From Eledone cirrhosa (taxonomy: Eukaryota), in the NCBI GenBank assembly GCA_964016885.1, contig OZ024763.1, positions 6,386,001 through 6,450,000 on the forward strand: a DNA stretch of 64,000 nucleotides, given 5' to 3'. Positions 12,983 through 26,676 of this stretch are shown piece by piece. The notes under the pieces are model-generated. The model had not been told where the DNA came from. It searched no databases and saw only the letters and a program-made list of their open reading frames with translations. A program made the translations under genes and the position numbers. Position 1 is the stretch's first letter. Every line of letters starts with the position of its first letter.

Positions 12983-13002
12983 GCTGTTACCATGGTAACA
13001 GC
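12983..13002. promoter_or_regulatory. Palindromic RFX X-box
   Basis: gctGTTACCATGGTAACagc, a perfect 20-bp palindrome matching the GTNRCC-N2-GGYAAC consensus. Confidence 0.6.
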
Positions 13003-13847
13003 TACAGTTAACAAGAATTTCAGGTTTCCTACTGACTGCAGCTAACTTAAATCTAAGCTCTATTGTATTGTATGTATTATCTTGAAACCCTTTCAAACCC
13101 AAACCACCTCAAACTATCCCTTTATTTTAAAGTGATATATTTATCTAATGACCTTCCATTATAATTTTATGCAAGAACCTTTGTTAAGTTATATTCCAAA
13201 CATTTCTGGTTCTACAATATAAAACTGATTAATTTAAAGTGTTTAAATTTATCTAAAAACCTTCCGTTATAAATTATCTAAGAACCTTTAAGTTATGTTC
13301 CAAACCACCTACAACCACTCCTGGTTCTATGATACAAAACCTTATTTTAAAGGGTTTATATTTATCAAAACCCCCCCCCCCCCCCAAAAACCTTCCATCA
13401 TAATTTTATGTAAGAACCTTTGTTAAGTTATGTTCAAAACCACTTGACAGGATACCTGGTTCTATGATACAAAACTGTCTAGATTTATCCCTCCAAAAGG
13501 AAAAAAAAAAAAAAAAAAAAAAAAAATATTTTCATAATTTGATGTAAGAACTTATTTTAAGTTATGTTTCAAACCACTGGAAACTACCCCTGGTTTTCTG
13601 ATATTTTAAAGTGTTTATATTTATCTAAAAACCTTCCATTTTAATTATATGTAAGAACCTTGGGTCACAGACCAGCACCGGTCCGTGGAACATTTGCTAC
13701 CAGGCCACAAAGAAATAATTAACTTGTTTAAAATTATATAATAGATAAATTGAATATTGGACTTTAATTTAAAAAGATTTGTTTAAATATTCAATATTCA
13801 TCTACTTTAATAAGTTGCTTAAATAACACACATGTGCAACTACTGGT

Positions 13848-13963
13848 CTACGGAAGAGGGCTGGAGACCACTGTTCTACGGAAGAGGGCTGGAGCCCACT
13901 GTTCTACGGAAGAGGGCTGGAGCCCACTGTTCTACGGAAGAGGGCTGGAGCCCACTGTTCTAC
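13848..13963 (+). repeat. 28-bp tandem repeat (~4 copies) at the end of a hAT-like MITE
   Basis: ctacggaagagggctggagcccactgtt; the first copy ends ggagaccactg, like a hAT MITE terminus (element from ~13660). Confidence 0.8.
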
Positions 13964-14062
13964 AGGACCAAGATGACTTTCCTCATGTCAACACATACTT
14001 TATTTTAAAATGCAATTTCTTCAAATGTACAAAACAAACAAACAAACCCTTATTATACATAC

Positions 14063-14225
14063 CGGATAGGGTTCTCGGTAAATAGTGTATCCTGAAGATG
14101 GAGGAATTCCATACCTAGTGTTAGGTTCTTGAGGATATGGGTAAGAAGACCGAGGCATAGAAGGACTAGCTGTCCGAGAACGTTTATAGGAACCTCCAGC
14201 AGTATGTGGTGAGCCAGCAGGGCCC
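14063..14225 (-). CDS. Internal coding exon (Pro/Ser/Tyr-rich), probable exon 2 of the minus-strand gene, NCoR/SMRT-like N-terminus
   Basis: Acceptor tatttacag, donor ccg|gtatgt; 163 nt, phase 2 to phase 0; encodes GPAGSPHTAGGSYKRSRTASPSMPRSSYPYPQEPNTRYGIPPSSGYTIYREPYP with A/T-ending codons. Confidence 0.75.
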
Positions 14226-14371
14226 CTGTAAATACAAGGAGAAATACATTTTAATAAATAACATTCTGTAAATCATTTAGCAGAAATATCTACACATAGG
14301 TTTGTTAATACAAATGTTTATAGTATCTTTACTAGTGAACAGATTGTTGTGAAGATTTGTAGTTTAACAAC

Positions 14372-14735
14372 AAAGACTTTAATATTTAATGTGATGTAGT
14401 TATAGTGTTGTTTTGTACTAAATGTTTATAGTATCTTTACTAGTGAACAGCCAGTTTGAACAGAAAGAGGTGAGAGAACTCTGACTGGATACAGCCGGTT
14501 TAAACGCTACAGGGTTAACAATAAAGACTTTAATATTTAATGTGATGTAGTTATAGTGTTGTTTTGTACTAAATGTTTATAGTATCTTTACTAGTGAACA
14601 GCCAGTTTGAACAGAAAGAGGTGAGAGAACTCTGACTGGATACAGCCGGTTTAAACGCTACAGGGTTAACAATAAAGACTTTAATATTTAATGTGATGTA
14701 GTTATAGTGTTGTTTTGTACTAAATGTTTATAGTA
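14372..14735 (+). repeat. 151-bp tandem duplication (~2.4 copies) containing a MITE B right end
   Basis: aaatgtttatag recurs at 14420, 14571 and 14722. Confidence 0.9.
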
Positions 14736-15007
14736 TGGTGGACAGATTGTGAAAATTTGGAGTTTTAAAGGCAGCGCTGTTTTATTTCGAGGGAGGGGGG
14801 GGGTTCTAAATTGTGATTAACACATTATCAGTTCCGAGACTTATTGGTAATTAAGACTTGGCACAAATCAATAATTTAGAAAATAAATGTAATTGAAATT
14901 GAGTGTGTGTGTACGTGCCTGTGTATGTCTGCACATACATGTATATACCTATATACATATATTAGTTCTAAGAGCAACAAACAAACATCAGAAAATCTTT
15001 GCCTTGA

Positions 15008-15041
<34 letters not shown>

Positions 15042-15779
15042 CACACACACATACATAAACATCATGATTAACAGTTATATTTATGAGTAAATTTGAATAA
15101 CAAAATAATATAACACAAGTTTGTGTTTATGTGTTGAATATAATTGAATTTCAGGCTGTACTAAATGTACACACATACAACCACATATATAATATCACAT
15201 ACATACACACAAACCCATACATAACCATATCACACACATAGAAGCTGTTTATAAATTTACCCACAAAACTATAAATCAGGTGATATATATATATATACAC
15301 ACTCACACGTGTGTGTGTGTGTGTGTGTGCATGCATGAGAGCATGTGTCTCTATTATTGTATATGTGAGAGAGTATGTCTGTATGTATGTGAGTATGTTT
15401 GTGTACAACTGTATGTACGTATGTGTGTGAGAGTATGCATGTGTGTATAACTGTATGTACGTATGTGTGAGAGAGAGTATGTCTGTGTGTGTATCCTAAA
15501 CACTCAGTTTTAATGACCTAGCCTTGCCCCATAAAGATATGAAACCCCTTTATAATTAACCTCATTTCGATGGCTCATTAAATACACAATGTCAATAGTT
15601 TGTAGTTCAAGATGAGATGAGAAATGTTCTAAAAATAGACAGCTGTGTGTAGGGTTCAAGGAGTTTGTTAAGCAACCACATGGTTTTAGGGACCAGCCCC
15701 ACTGTGTGTTTTTAGTCCATAACCCCTATAGATAAACTATGACAATACACAGCAACAAATAATAATAAATCTAAAGAAA

Positions 15780-16180
15780 ATTCCCCCTATAGGGGAGGAG
15801 GGAGGCATCTCAGGGTCACTTGTGGGTAAAGGCCACAGCCACCCTGAATATTCCCCCAATAGCGGAGTGGAAAGACATCCAAGGGTCACTTCTGGATAAA
15901 GGCCACAAAAAGCCATAGCCACACCCTCTCTGAACATTCCCCAAAAGCCATAGCTACCCTGAAGATTCCCCCAATAGGAGAGAGGTGAAAGGTCACAAAC
16001 ACCATAGCCACCCTGAAAATTCCCCCAATGGGAGAGGGGGAAGGCCACAAACACTATATCCACCCTGGAAATCCTCCAATAGAAGAGGGGGAAGGCCACA
16101 AACACTATATCCACCCTGGAAATCGTCCAATAGAAGAGGGGGAAGGCCACAGCCACCTTGAAAATTCCCCCAATAGGGGG
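15780..16180 (+). repeat. ~50-60-bp degenerate purine/C-run tandem repeat
   Basis: Recurring caccctgaaaattccccaatag...gaggggaaggccaca. Confidence 0.8.
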
Positions 16181-16764
16181 TGGGGGATTGCCAAGCCCTC
16201 ATCAAGTTTATTAAGTACCACTTAAAGAGGAATGTGATGGTAGAGGCGGGGGTAGTGCTGGAGTTTTATGAAAGATAGGTGAGAGCGATGAAATTGACAA
16301 AGCTCTGAAGACAGGAGGAAAGAAACCAGAAGAGGGACATTTTAATGTCCCTTAAAGCAACAGTAGTAATATGGGGAGTGGAGTTGTTTGGAGTTCAGAT
16401 GAAACCATCCAAATTGCCAATTGTTTTAGAAACCATTTGAAAGCCATAGGGAAGGTCTCTTGCATGAGAAGTATGGTAACACAAGGTTTGAATGGAGTTA
16501 ATTAGATATATGGTAACGAAAGGATTAAATATTTAAATAGATTTAATTAGTAATATAGTAACGAATGGTTTAAATAGACTTAATTAGATATATGGCAACA
16601 AATGGTTTAAATGAACTAAAGAAATATGGTAACCAATGGCTTAAATGGACTTAATTAGGAACATGGCAACGAAAGGTTTTAATAGACTATCTTTTATACA
16701 TCCATCACAAAATATCCACATCCTTTACCAAGACAAATGTTGTTATATTACCACAACTCCTCCG

Positions 16765-16807
<43 letters not shown>

Positions 16808-16852
16808 CTGCAGTTTTCTTCACAATACTTACTATCAAGGCTCTTGCTCCCC

Positions 16853-16886
<34 letters not shown>

Positions 16887-16939
16887 TCATATTAGAAAAC
16901 ATCTGTTCTCCCTCCTCCTCATTCCCCCCCTCTCTTTGT

Positions 16940-16974
<35 letters not shown>

Positions 16975-17039
16975 TCCATTACTGGTAATACATTTCTGTT
17001 CAGCATATTTCTCAACAAAAACACACACACATATATATA

Positions 17040-17084
<45 letters not shown>

Positions 17085-18272
17085 GCACAACATTTACCAT
17101 CAATTCAAAATAAACTTCAAGTTACTCCCACCACCATCATCATCAACACCAACACCACTATACAAATATCTGATGACTGAATTCCAACCTCTTAGCATTT
17201 ATTTATTTATGTCTCCCACCCCCTCCCCCACATTGTAGTTAGACCCCCCCCCCGTCGCTCAGGATGAGAGTTTATAGCATATATATACAAACACACCCAT
17301 ATATATATATATATATGTACATCATACCCCCACACACATACACACACATATATATACACACACACACATATATATACACACATATATATATACACACACA
17401 CACATATATATATATATACACACACACATATATATATATAAATGGAAAAAATGAAACGAAATATATATATATATCTACGTACATATAGAGAGAGAGAGAG
17501 AGACAAAGACATACGCATAATGATGGAGAGAAGGAAGAAAAAGGATACAAAGATTAGAGACGGGGGGGGGGGGGAAGAGGAGGAGGAAAGAAAGAGAGAA
17601 GGGTATATATAAATATAAAGGGAGGTAAGTAGGAGAGGCGGAGCCAGCTTCCTGCCACTATTAAGTGTGTTAGCACTTGGAAATGTTATAAAACCCCAAA
17701 CGAGGCTCTCTCAGGAGCGACAGACAGACGGACAAACAGGCAAGGCTGTGTAATGTAGGTAGGTAGAGGTGGTTAACACAACAAGTCAAGACAAGGACAA
17801 CCCCCGTGTCTCCCTCCCTCCACACACCACCACCACCCTCACCACCAACATTTCACACCACAACTAGTTTTTCTGCCCCCACCAGTGACAGTTCTTCCAC
17901 GGCCATCACCACAACAAATCGTTGTTCCCCGCCACCCCACCACAACCAGCCTTCCTTTCCGCCTCCACCACCAGCTCTCTTCTCTCTCTCTCCCCCGCCA
18001 CCACCCCTTCCCCACCACCACAGTTTATTATATATAGTTTACCCCAAACTAGGTCAGATCCTGCATGGAAATCGTAGAGTTGACCTTGTTTTGACACGGC
18101 TTACAACAAATGCTAAGAATTAATAACAACAATAAAAGACATGTATATATACACACACACACACATTCATGTGTGTTTATATCTATACACACAAACATAC
18201 TAATGCCACTAACATATGTACATGTATATACATACACATAAACACACACACACATATATACTAATGCCACTG

Positions 18273-18339
<67 letters not shown>

Positions 18340-18526
18340 ATACTACTGACACATAGATATGTACATGTATACACACATATACTACAGAGTATTGCTCTGA
18401 TTAACACAGAAGTCTGCTGTTGCAGTTAGTGACCTAAAATAGCAGCAATACATTGAGTCAAAATGGTATTTCAGTATATGTATATATATATATACACACA
18501 GACAGACACATATATACAGTGTGTGT

Positions 18527-18570
<44 letters not shown>

Positions 18571-19496
18571 ACGTTTTATGTTTTAATTATATTCTTAAGA
18601 TAACATTTAATCCTTGGAATCATTTGAGATCTTAAAAAAAAAAAAAAATCACTTCTAACTTCCTTTATACTTCCTTACTGTTTTTATAATATAAGTCCTT
18701 ATTCCTTTGTAAAATCTCGTAAATTTTCATAAATTTAGAATTATTTGGATGTTTAAATTTTGACTTACAACTATTAATAAATATAATTTTGTCAAACTTA
18801 CTTTAATAAAATAAACTATACTAGATTTTCTCTAATGTAAAATACTATATATTTATTTAAATAATTTATAATCCTTTTAACATACACATCTAAACCAATA
18901 TATTATTACTAATACATCTTAATATAATATAAATACTTCTGTTTTAATTTTAATTTTTAAATATTAATATTAAATTATGAAATTAAATCTTTAATATTAA
19001 GGCAAATTTTAATCTTTAATTTTGATTTCTAATTGTTAATTTTAATATAATTTTTCAACCCCTATCATTATAAATATAACCACAACGTAATGAACCCTAC
19101 ATTCTAAATATTATTCTTCCACGTTAATCTTATTTCTTCTTTCACTTAGATATATTTACGCTATATATTTTTCCATTAAAACCTATTTCTTCATTCATTC
19201 TGACTTTCTTCAATATCACTATGTATAATCGTTCTTTCTTTCTTTCCTCTTCTCTCTTTCTCCTTCCTTTTCTTTTTTCTTCTTTTTGTTCTCTCTCTCT
19301 CTTACATATCATCCTCTTCCAACAGTTTAATTTAAACAAACCGTTATCTTTTCAACTTTTCGGACACTCATTTGCATACTTACTCATAACTTTGTATCAC
19401 CCTCAATAAAATATTATCTCCACTATCCAGGAAGCTCCAACCGTTAAGGTTGTCTTTTTTCCGGGTATGTCAATATTTATTTATAAAACAAATCTG

Positions 19497-19560
19497 TATT
19501 TTATCTGATGAAAGCGCACCATAATTTGCTTTGGTTGCCCTTGAAATATATATAAAATAA
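19497..19560 (+). ncRNA. Hammerhead-like motif, cleavage triplet imperfect
   Basis: tattttat-CTGATGA-aag...ctt-GAAA-tatat-ataaaata: 8-bp stem I and stem II present. Confidence 0.5.
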
Positions 19561-19597
19561 ATATGGTTTTATAAATTTAGTTTCCATTTATTAATAT

Positions 19598-19634
<37 letters not shown>

Positions 19635-20047
19635 ACACACTGTATATGTGTCTGTGTGTGTGTATATGTATGTGTGTGTCTGTGTATATATATAAACACT
19701 GTATGTGTCTGTGTGTGTATATGTATATATATAAACACACTGTATATGTGTGTATGTATGTGTGTGTCTGTGTGTATATATATATATATATATATATACA
19801 CACTCAGTAAAATAGCAACAATACACACACTTGGTATTTCAGTGTAAACAGATTAATTTATTATTACTATTATTATATATGTGCGTGTGTGTATATATAT
19901 ATATATATACACACTATGTTAGACAGTATATACTATATATAATGCCGCTCCTATCTCCATGTACACCTCTCACGAACCTTCTATATAACTAGTCCCTGCA
20001 ATGTTGCCTTCACACTCAGCCCTTGTGGCAAATATTACAATTAGTCA

Positions 20048-20122
<75 letters not shown>

Positions 20123-20128
<6 letters not shown>

Positions 20129-20920
20129 TGTCAGGTCGCAATAACATGTAAATACAATTTAATAGAAAAAGAAAAAAAATTGATTGAGAAGAAAGAATGG
20201 AATGTAAAATAAGAAAATATAAAAAAAAAAACGGAAAAGGAAGTGTCACAGGGAAAGGTTGGGCTAGAGCGCGGTGGTAATGGGAGTGCACTCTGCGGAG
20301 TGGACCGCAAAAAATGGCCAACGTTAACCGCTGCGATGGCAACCCCACCTCGCAGGGTTCCTTCGTCAGATGGGCTGCCGATGTTCCAATATTGCGGAGG
20401 AGCTCGCTCGGCAGTACAACCTGTGCATGGTCGAGTCGTCGGCAACTGCACCAAGCTTGGTGGGTGAGGAGGGCGAGGAGGGCGATTTTGGACACCTTGC
20501 GAGATGAAAAACAAAAGCCATGAAAGGGCGGAGGAACTGAGGAGAGTCAACGGCCATCCAATAAAGTATTTTGTGTGGAGTGAGAGACCCCTAGTCTCCT
20601 TTAAGACATCTCTCAAGGAGAAGGTCACTCTCAAATAAAACTTGTGAAATCATTTGCATCCAATGATGGAGACCAGTGCTACTTTTGGGGCAAATGCAGT
20701 CGATGTTGAGAGAGTGGAATCGGCCCCATACAAACCCTTTCCTCACTTAAAAAAGCTTCAAACACAGGTATCGCTTGATATGTGGTGACATGTTTTTGTT
20801 TGTGATGCATGGTATTGCTGGCCACAGGCAAGTCCCTAGCAGGAGTAAAAAAAGCCACGTCTGTGATACTCATACTTAAGTATCAAGCGATGGCATTACT
20901 CGAAATCGAGTTGCAGCCAT
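20123..20920 (-). mobile_element. GC-rich 3' end of a LINE-like retroelement
   Basis: Broken ORFs, T-rich 3' UTR, AATAAA immediately followed by a (TA)n tail; much more CpG than the flanks. Confidence 0.45.
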
Positions 20921-20933
20921 CATCATCATCATC

Positions 20934-20992
<59 letters not shown>

Positions 20993-20994
<2 letters not shown>

Positions 20995-21180
20995 GGATTG
21001 GCAGCATCGGTAGAGGGTCGGACGCCATGATTTGACGCATAGAGTTACGGCCCTTGCCATTCTAAGTTCAAATCCCGCCGAAGTTAACTTTGCCTTTCAT
21101 CCTTACGGGGTCGATAAAATAAAGTACCAGTAATGCACTGAGATAAGTAGTGGCCTTGTGCCAAATGTAGAAACAATTAT
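20993..21180 (+). mobile_element. Near full-length tRNA-derived SINE (Meta/MESC-like core)
   Basis: A-box-like tggcagcatcgg, B box gttcaaatcc, core gcctttcatcc...gtcgataaaataaagtaccag; other copies at 31180, 32735-33065, 41620, 47860, 58335. Confidence 0.8.
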
Positions 21181-21743
21181 ATATATATATATATACACAC
21201 ACACGTTTTCCCATTGCTAATATTCTTTACTCGAATGTATAAAAGCCAGTTTGAGTTTCATTGTCCCCCCTCGACTTCAGTTGAGGCCCCCGTGGCCAAT
21301 AAAAGAAATCTATTATTATTTTCATTGTTAAATTGGTTTTGTTATTGTGCATTTTTACTCAATGTTATCGTAACCCCCACTGTTCGTCTTAGTTCTGTCC
21401 CCTACATGACGGCCCTTGTAAAGTACCAGAAACACACTGAGGTCAATTTAATCTACATTCTCTTCTCCCTCAAAATTGCTGGCCTTGTGCCTAAATCAGA
21501 AGCCATTGTTGCTGTTATATAGACAACCGACCTATATACACAGCACACCACACTATATAAAGCACATCAAGTGTAAATTTAAGAAAGAAATTAAATACGT
21601 TAGTGTGGTGATGATCGTGGCCAGCGGTGAATGACTCTTTTATATTACCACCACCACCACTACTACTACTATTACTAGCACTGCTACTATTATTACTACT
21701 ACAACAACTACTACTTTAAGTGACCTGTCGCAATACGGTGTGT

Positions 21744-21821
<78 letters not shown>

Positions 21822-21976
21822 TTGTGTGAATACTAAAAATGTGCTATTCAGTATCAATTTACACACAGACACACAAAGCTTCCTTCTAATTTGCTGGTAA
21901 AACAGAGTCGAGTGTGTGTGTATATATGTGTGTGTGTGAATGTGTGGTTTATTGTGTTTATGTCCGTGTAAATAAA

Positions 21977-22020
<44 letters not shown>

Positions 22021-22392
22021 TATATATATGTTGTTGTAAATACATGTGTGTATACCTAGATAAGTGTATGTTCATGTACATACGTGCGTGCGAGTGGTCA
22101 TCTAGAAAAACAAAAGAAAAGGAAAATCAATCAAAATATTTCATTCCATCTCCATAGAGATTTCTAGATATCTGACCGACCCTTCACTCACTCCTCTCAC
22201 TCAGAATCCAGTAACATCCTCTCTCTTACACACATACAAACCAGTATACTCACTTACACACACACACCAGTATACTCACTTACACACACACACACACACA
22301 TCAGCCAGTGTGTAATATGTATGTAGTAGGTTTAGTCAGTCAGTCAGTAGCTGTATATTTACACTAATTAAACTGTTGCATACACATGTATG

Positions 22393-22425
<33 letters not shown>

Positions 22426-22431
22426 ATATAA

Positions 22432-22489
<58 letters not shown>

Positions 22490-23611
22490 ATATAAATGTA
22501 TATATATATATATATATTTCATCATTATCAACGTCGTTTATTTGAATTTCTATGACTCAAATGAAAGAAAAAAGAAAAAAAAACACAAGCAAATACAATA
22601 ACTGCAACACCCCCACCACCACATCGCCATCAACATCCCCCACCGCCACCACATCGCCATCAACATCCCCCACCACCACCACCAACAGACTTCACCGTAT
22701 TTCAATTGATGAGTGGGGGAGGAGGGAGGTGATATCGATTGAAAAAGAAAATTACTAAGGCAACCGTGTTAAACTAAATAGTCGGTGCCCAAGGTGCTTG
22801 TATGCGTGTGTGCGTGCGTGTCAGTGTATATGTGTGTGTGTGTGTGTATATATAGGAGTTCGTGTAGCTGTGTGAGCGAGTCAGTGTGTGTGTGTGTGTG
22901 TGTGTGAATGTGTATGGATGTATGTGTGAGCGAATCAGTGTGTCAGTGTATATATAGAGAACACACAGATAAACAACGATAGAGTAAACAGCTATTGCCT
23001 AAGGTGCTTGTGTGTGTGTGGGGGGGAGGGCACACACGTTAAGACTAAATAGTTTTTGCCGAAGGTGTTTCTGTATACACACACATATATATATATATGT
23101 GTATATGTGTGTGTGTGTGTGTATATATATCTGTATATGAGTGTATATATATGTATATGGGTGTATATGTATGTATATATCCATCTATCTATATGTGTAT
23201 GTGTGTTGGCATACATACTTAACATGTATGGTAAAGAAGACATGAGAGGAAAGGTGAGAGTGAAGACGAAAGAGGAAAGAAAGAAAGAGAGAGAGAGAAA
23301 ACCAACGTCCTTCACCTTCAGACTGTCAGTCTACCAGAGGGAGGAGGAGGAGGAGGAAGAGGAGGGTGAGTAGTTAGAAGAGGAGGAGGATAGCTAAGTA
23401 CTCGTGACCTGGATTAGCAGTTTTCTGACCTGTACCAGGCAGAGTAACAAATAATAATATAAATATAAATAACAGAAATACAAAACAAAATAAATATAAA
23501 TAACACAGATACAAAACAAAATAAATATAAATAACAGATACAAAACAAAATAAATAAATAAAAAAGTATAAAAAAAAACAACTAGTGTATATGTATATAT
23601 TTGTGTGCGTA

Positions 23612-23629
<18 letters not shown>

Positions 23630-23643
<14 letters not shown>

Positions 23644-23790
23644 CATTTATGTGTACGTGTAAATGTACATATATGTATGGGTGTGTATAAATATATACAT
23701 TTATGTGTGTGTATATATATACACACATATATATATATATATACATTTATGTGTACGTGTAAATGTACATATATGTATGGGTGTGTATAA

Positions 23791-23837
<47 letters not shown>

Positions 23838-24149
23838 CATTTATGTGTACGTGTAAATGTACATATATGTATGGGTGTGTATAAATATATACATTTATGT
23901 GTGTGTATATATATACACACATATATATATATATATACATTTATGTGTACGTGTAAATGTACATATATGTATGGGTGTGTATAAATATATACATTTATGT
24001 GTGTGTATATATATACACACATATATATATATATATACATTTATGTGTACGTGTAAATGTACATATATGTATGGGTGTGTATAAATATATACATTTATGT
24101 GTGTGTATATATATACACACATATATATATATATATATATATACATTTA

Positions 24150-24198
<49 letters not shown>

Positions 24199-24270
24199 TT
24201 ATTTGTACGTGTATATCTACATATATATATATATATATATACATTTATTTGTACGTGTATATCTACACGT
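23630..24270 (+). repeat. ~100-bp compound tandem repeat with (TA)n spacers
   Basis: Recurring acatttatgtgtacgtgtaaatgtacatatatgtatgggtgtgtataaat. Confidence 0.9.
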
Positions 24271-24812
24271 GTGTGTGTGTGTGACTGCAATAGTAACAGG
24301 AGTCAAAAGAGAAGGTAGGGGAGGTAACTACGAGAGAAAGAAAGAGAGTTAGTTTAGTTAGTAATAAATATTCCTTTCTTTTCAGACAGGAAGTAGCCAA
24401 CTCTGCCAACAACCACAACTTCCACTACATGTACTTCTCCAGATCTGTACCTTCTCTTTTCTATCTACCTATCTTTCTCTTAACTATCCACATATTTATA
24501 TGTATATATACACAATTTATATATATATATATACACAAACACACACACATATATATACATACATTTATTTTTCTCTAATCTCTATCCACACACACACACA
24601 TGTTTATATATACATATATACATATATATGTGTGTCTTCTCTCTTTTCTTTATCTCTATCTTTCAACAACAGTTCCTACAATTCACCACAAGAGTTGACC
24701 ATGTCTTCTATCTTCTACAACAGCCATAACAGATACTAACCCTAACCCTAACCATATATTTGTCCATCTCTCCAGCTATCTACTTATCTATCTCCAACAA
24801 TGACAACAACCA

Positions 24813-24860
<48 letters not shown>

Positions 24861-24982
24861 TCTCTCTCTCTGTCTATATATATGTGAGAGAGAGAGAGTC
24901 CGGGGTTCAATCAGGGGTAACTACAGTAAGTAAGGTACTCAATACATTAGTAGAGTGTATACAACTAAATTTATATAGAAAT

Positions 24983-25033
24983 GGCTTCTACAGGATTAGA
25001 AGTGTTTCATTCGAAGGAAATCATCAGAAAGCC
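24983..25033 (-). ncRNA. Type I hammerhead-like motif
   Basis: ggcttt-CTGATGA-tttccttcgaat-GAAA-ca...tg-TA-gaagcc. Confidence 0.6.
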
Positions 25034-25114
25034 TTAATAGAATGAATGTGTGTGTGTGTGTATGTATGTATGTATATATATATATATATATAAATATATA
25101 CACACACACATATT

Positions 25115-25452
25115 CATTTCATCATTTCATTTTCCGTCCACCTTTCCCTGCTTGCAAGGGTGGGACAGGAACTGGTTCTGGCTTGATTTCTACAGCTGGA
25201 TGCCCTTCATAACACCAACCTCATTTACAGTGAGGACTGGGTGCTTTTTTGCTGTGACACCTCCACCACCACTTTGCAGTGGAATGATATGGACCCCAGT
25301 CCCTATCATCTCATTTCTACAGCTGAGTAAACTGGAGCAATGTGAAATAAAGTGTCTTGCTCAAGGAAACAACACATCACCCGGTCTGAGAATTGAACTC
25401 ACAACCTTTCGATTGCAAGGCCAATGCTCTAACCACTAAGCCATGTGCCTCC
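25115..25452 (-). mobile_element. tRNA-derived CORE-like SINE with RTE-type tail
   Basis: Head tggcttagtgg...gttcaattc, CORE-like ccttgagcaagacac; second copy at 57205-57452. Confidence 0.75.
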
Positions 25453-25782
25453 ATCTATATATTCATTTTATTAAGGCTAAATAATTAGTCTTGTTACCCT
25501 GTAGTTTCGCCTATTTATCAGTCACCATCGCCTATGTAGGTATGTATGTAGGAGTTCTGTGTAAGAAAATGAATAAATCAACTAAAATACGTGTGTGGAT
25601 TAAAGGATTTACTATTAAAAGCCGACTGTGTGTCTATAAAAGATGTTAGGTGGAGAGTCAGTCAGTCAATCAATACCCTGTGTTTGTGTCTGTATATATA
25701 TACCTACATTTGTTTTTATATATATATATAGACACACTACAAATGTAGGTAGGCTTAGGTAAAAGCACCATACACACACAAA

Positions 25783-25884
25783 TACAGGATGTCGCCAATA
25801 AAAGTATACACACTTTGATTACCTGTACAAGCAATATTTATTAGAATGCTGTTGTGTGTATACATTTTTTGGGGACACCCTGTA
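25783..25884. mobile_element. Tc1/mariner-like mini-MITE
   Basis: TA-caggatgtc ... gacaccctg-TA; related copies at 43765-43860 and 61490-61675. Confidence 0.7.
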
Positions 25885-25983
25885 TATAAATATTTCACTA
25901 TTCTAAACATACTCCGTCATTCCTAGGTGGAAAACTACGTTTATTGCTTGAATGGAATCACATCAATGTTTATCATGAGTGTT

Positions 25984-26027
<44 letters not shown>

Positions 26028-26633
26028 AATATATCTATGTATGTATGCACCATACATACACACACAAATATAGAGAAATATATGTGTCTGTGTGTGTGTG
26101 TGTAGAGAGAGAGGAGGGGTGACAGACCTATGTTATACATCTATTATTTAATATCATTAAATGTCCTTCACCTTAAATCAAGTTGGAAACACTTTGACAC
26201 CACACAACAACCACATCTATTCACACCCTTAACAACCACACATCACAGCTCCAATAACAGCTTCACCAACATCACGACAGTAGTAACATCTTCACCACCA
26301 CCACCACCACCATTACAACTACAACAACATCTTCAGCAACATCATAACACTAAAACATGTTCACCACCACAAACATTACAACTAAAATAACATCACAACA
26401 CCAACAACATTTTCCCAACTCCACCACCACCACCACCACAAACATTTTCCCAACTCCATCACACAACACACCACCACACATTACAATAACATCTCCACCA
26501 CCACCACCACTCACACTAGCCACACCCTTCCTGTTTTAGAAAGCAACTGGGATGAAAGATCAAAACAAACATGAAAAAATACATTGTAAATGTTGGATGT
26601 AAAATGGAGGGTGACACACATATATATATATAT

Positions 26634-26676
<43 letters not shown>

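Noticed and set aside
19426-19464. Plus-strand mini exon (tatccag ... g|gtatgt)
   Set aside because: No partner exons; adjacent to a hammerhead-bearing repeat
24736-24753. Telomeric (CCCTAA)n
   Set aside because: Only about three units
25380-25452. tRNA gene (also ~57380-57452)
   Set aside because: A and B boxes belong to a SINE head followed by a CORE-like body; no complete cloverleaf
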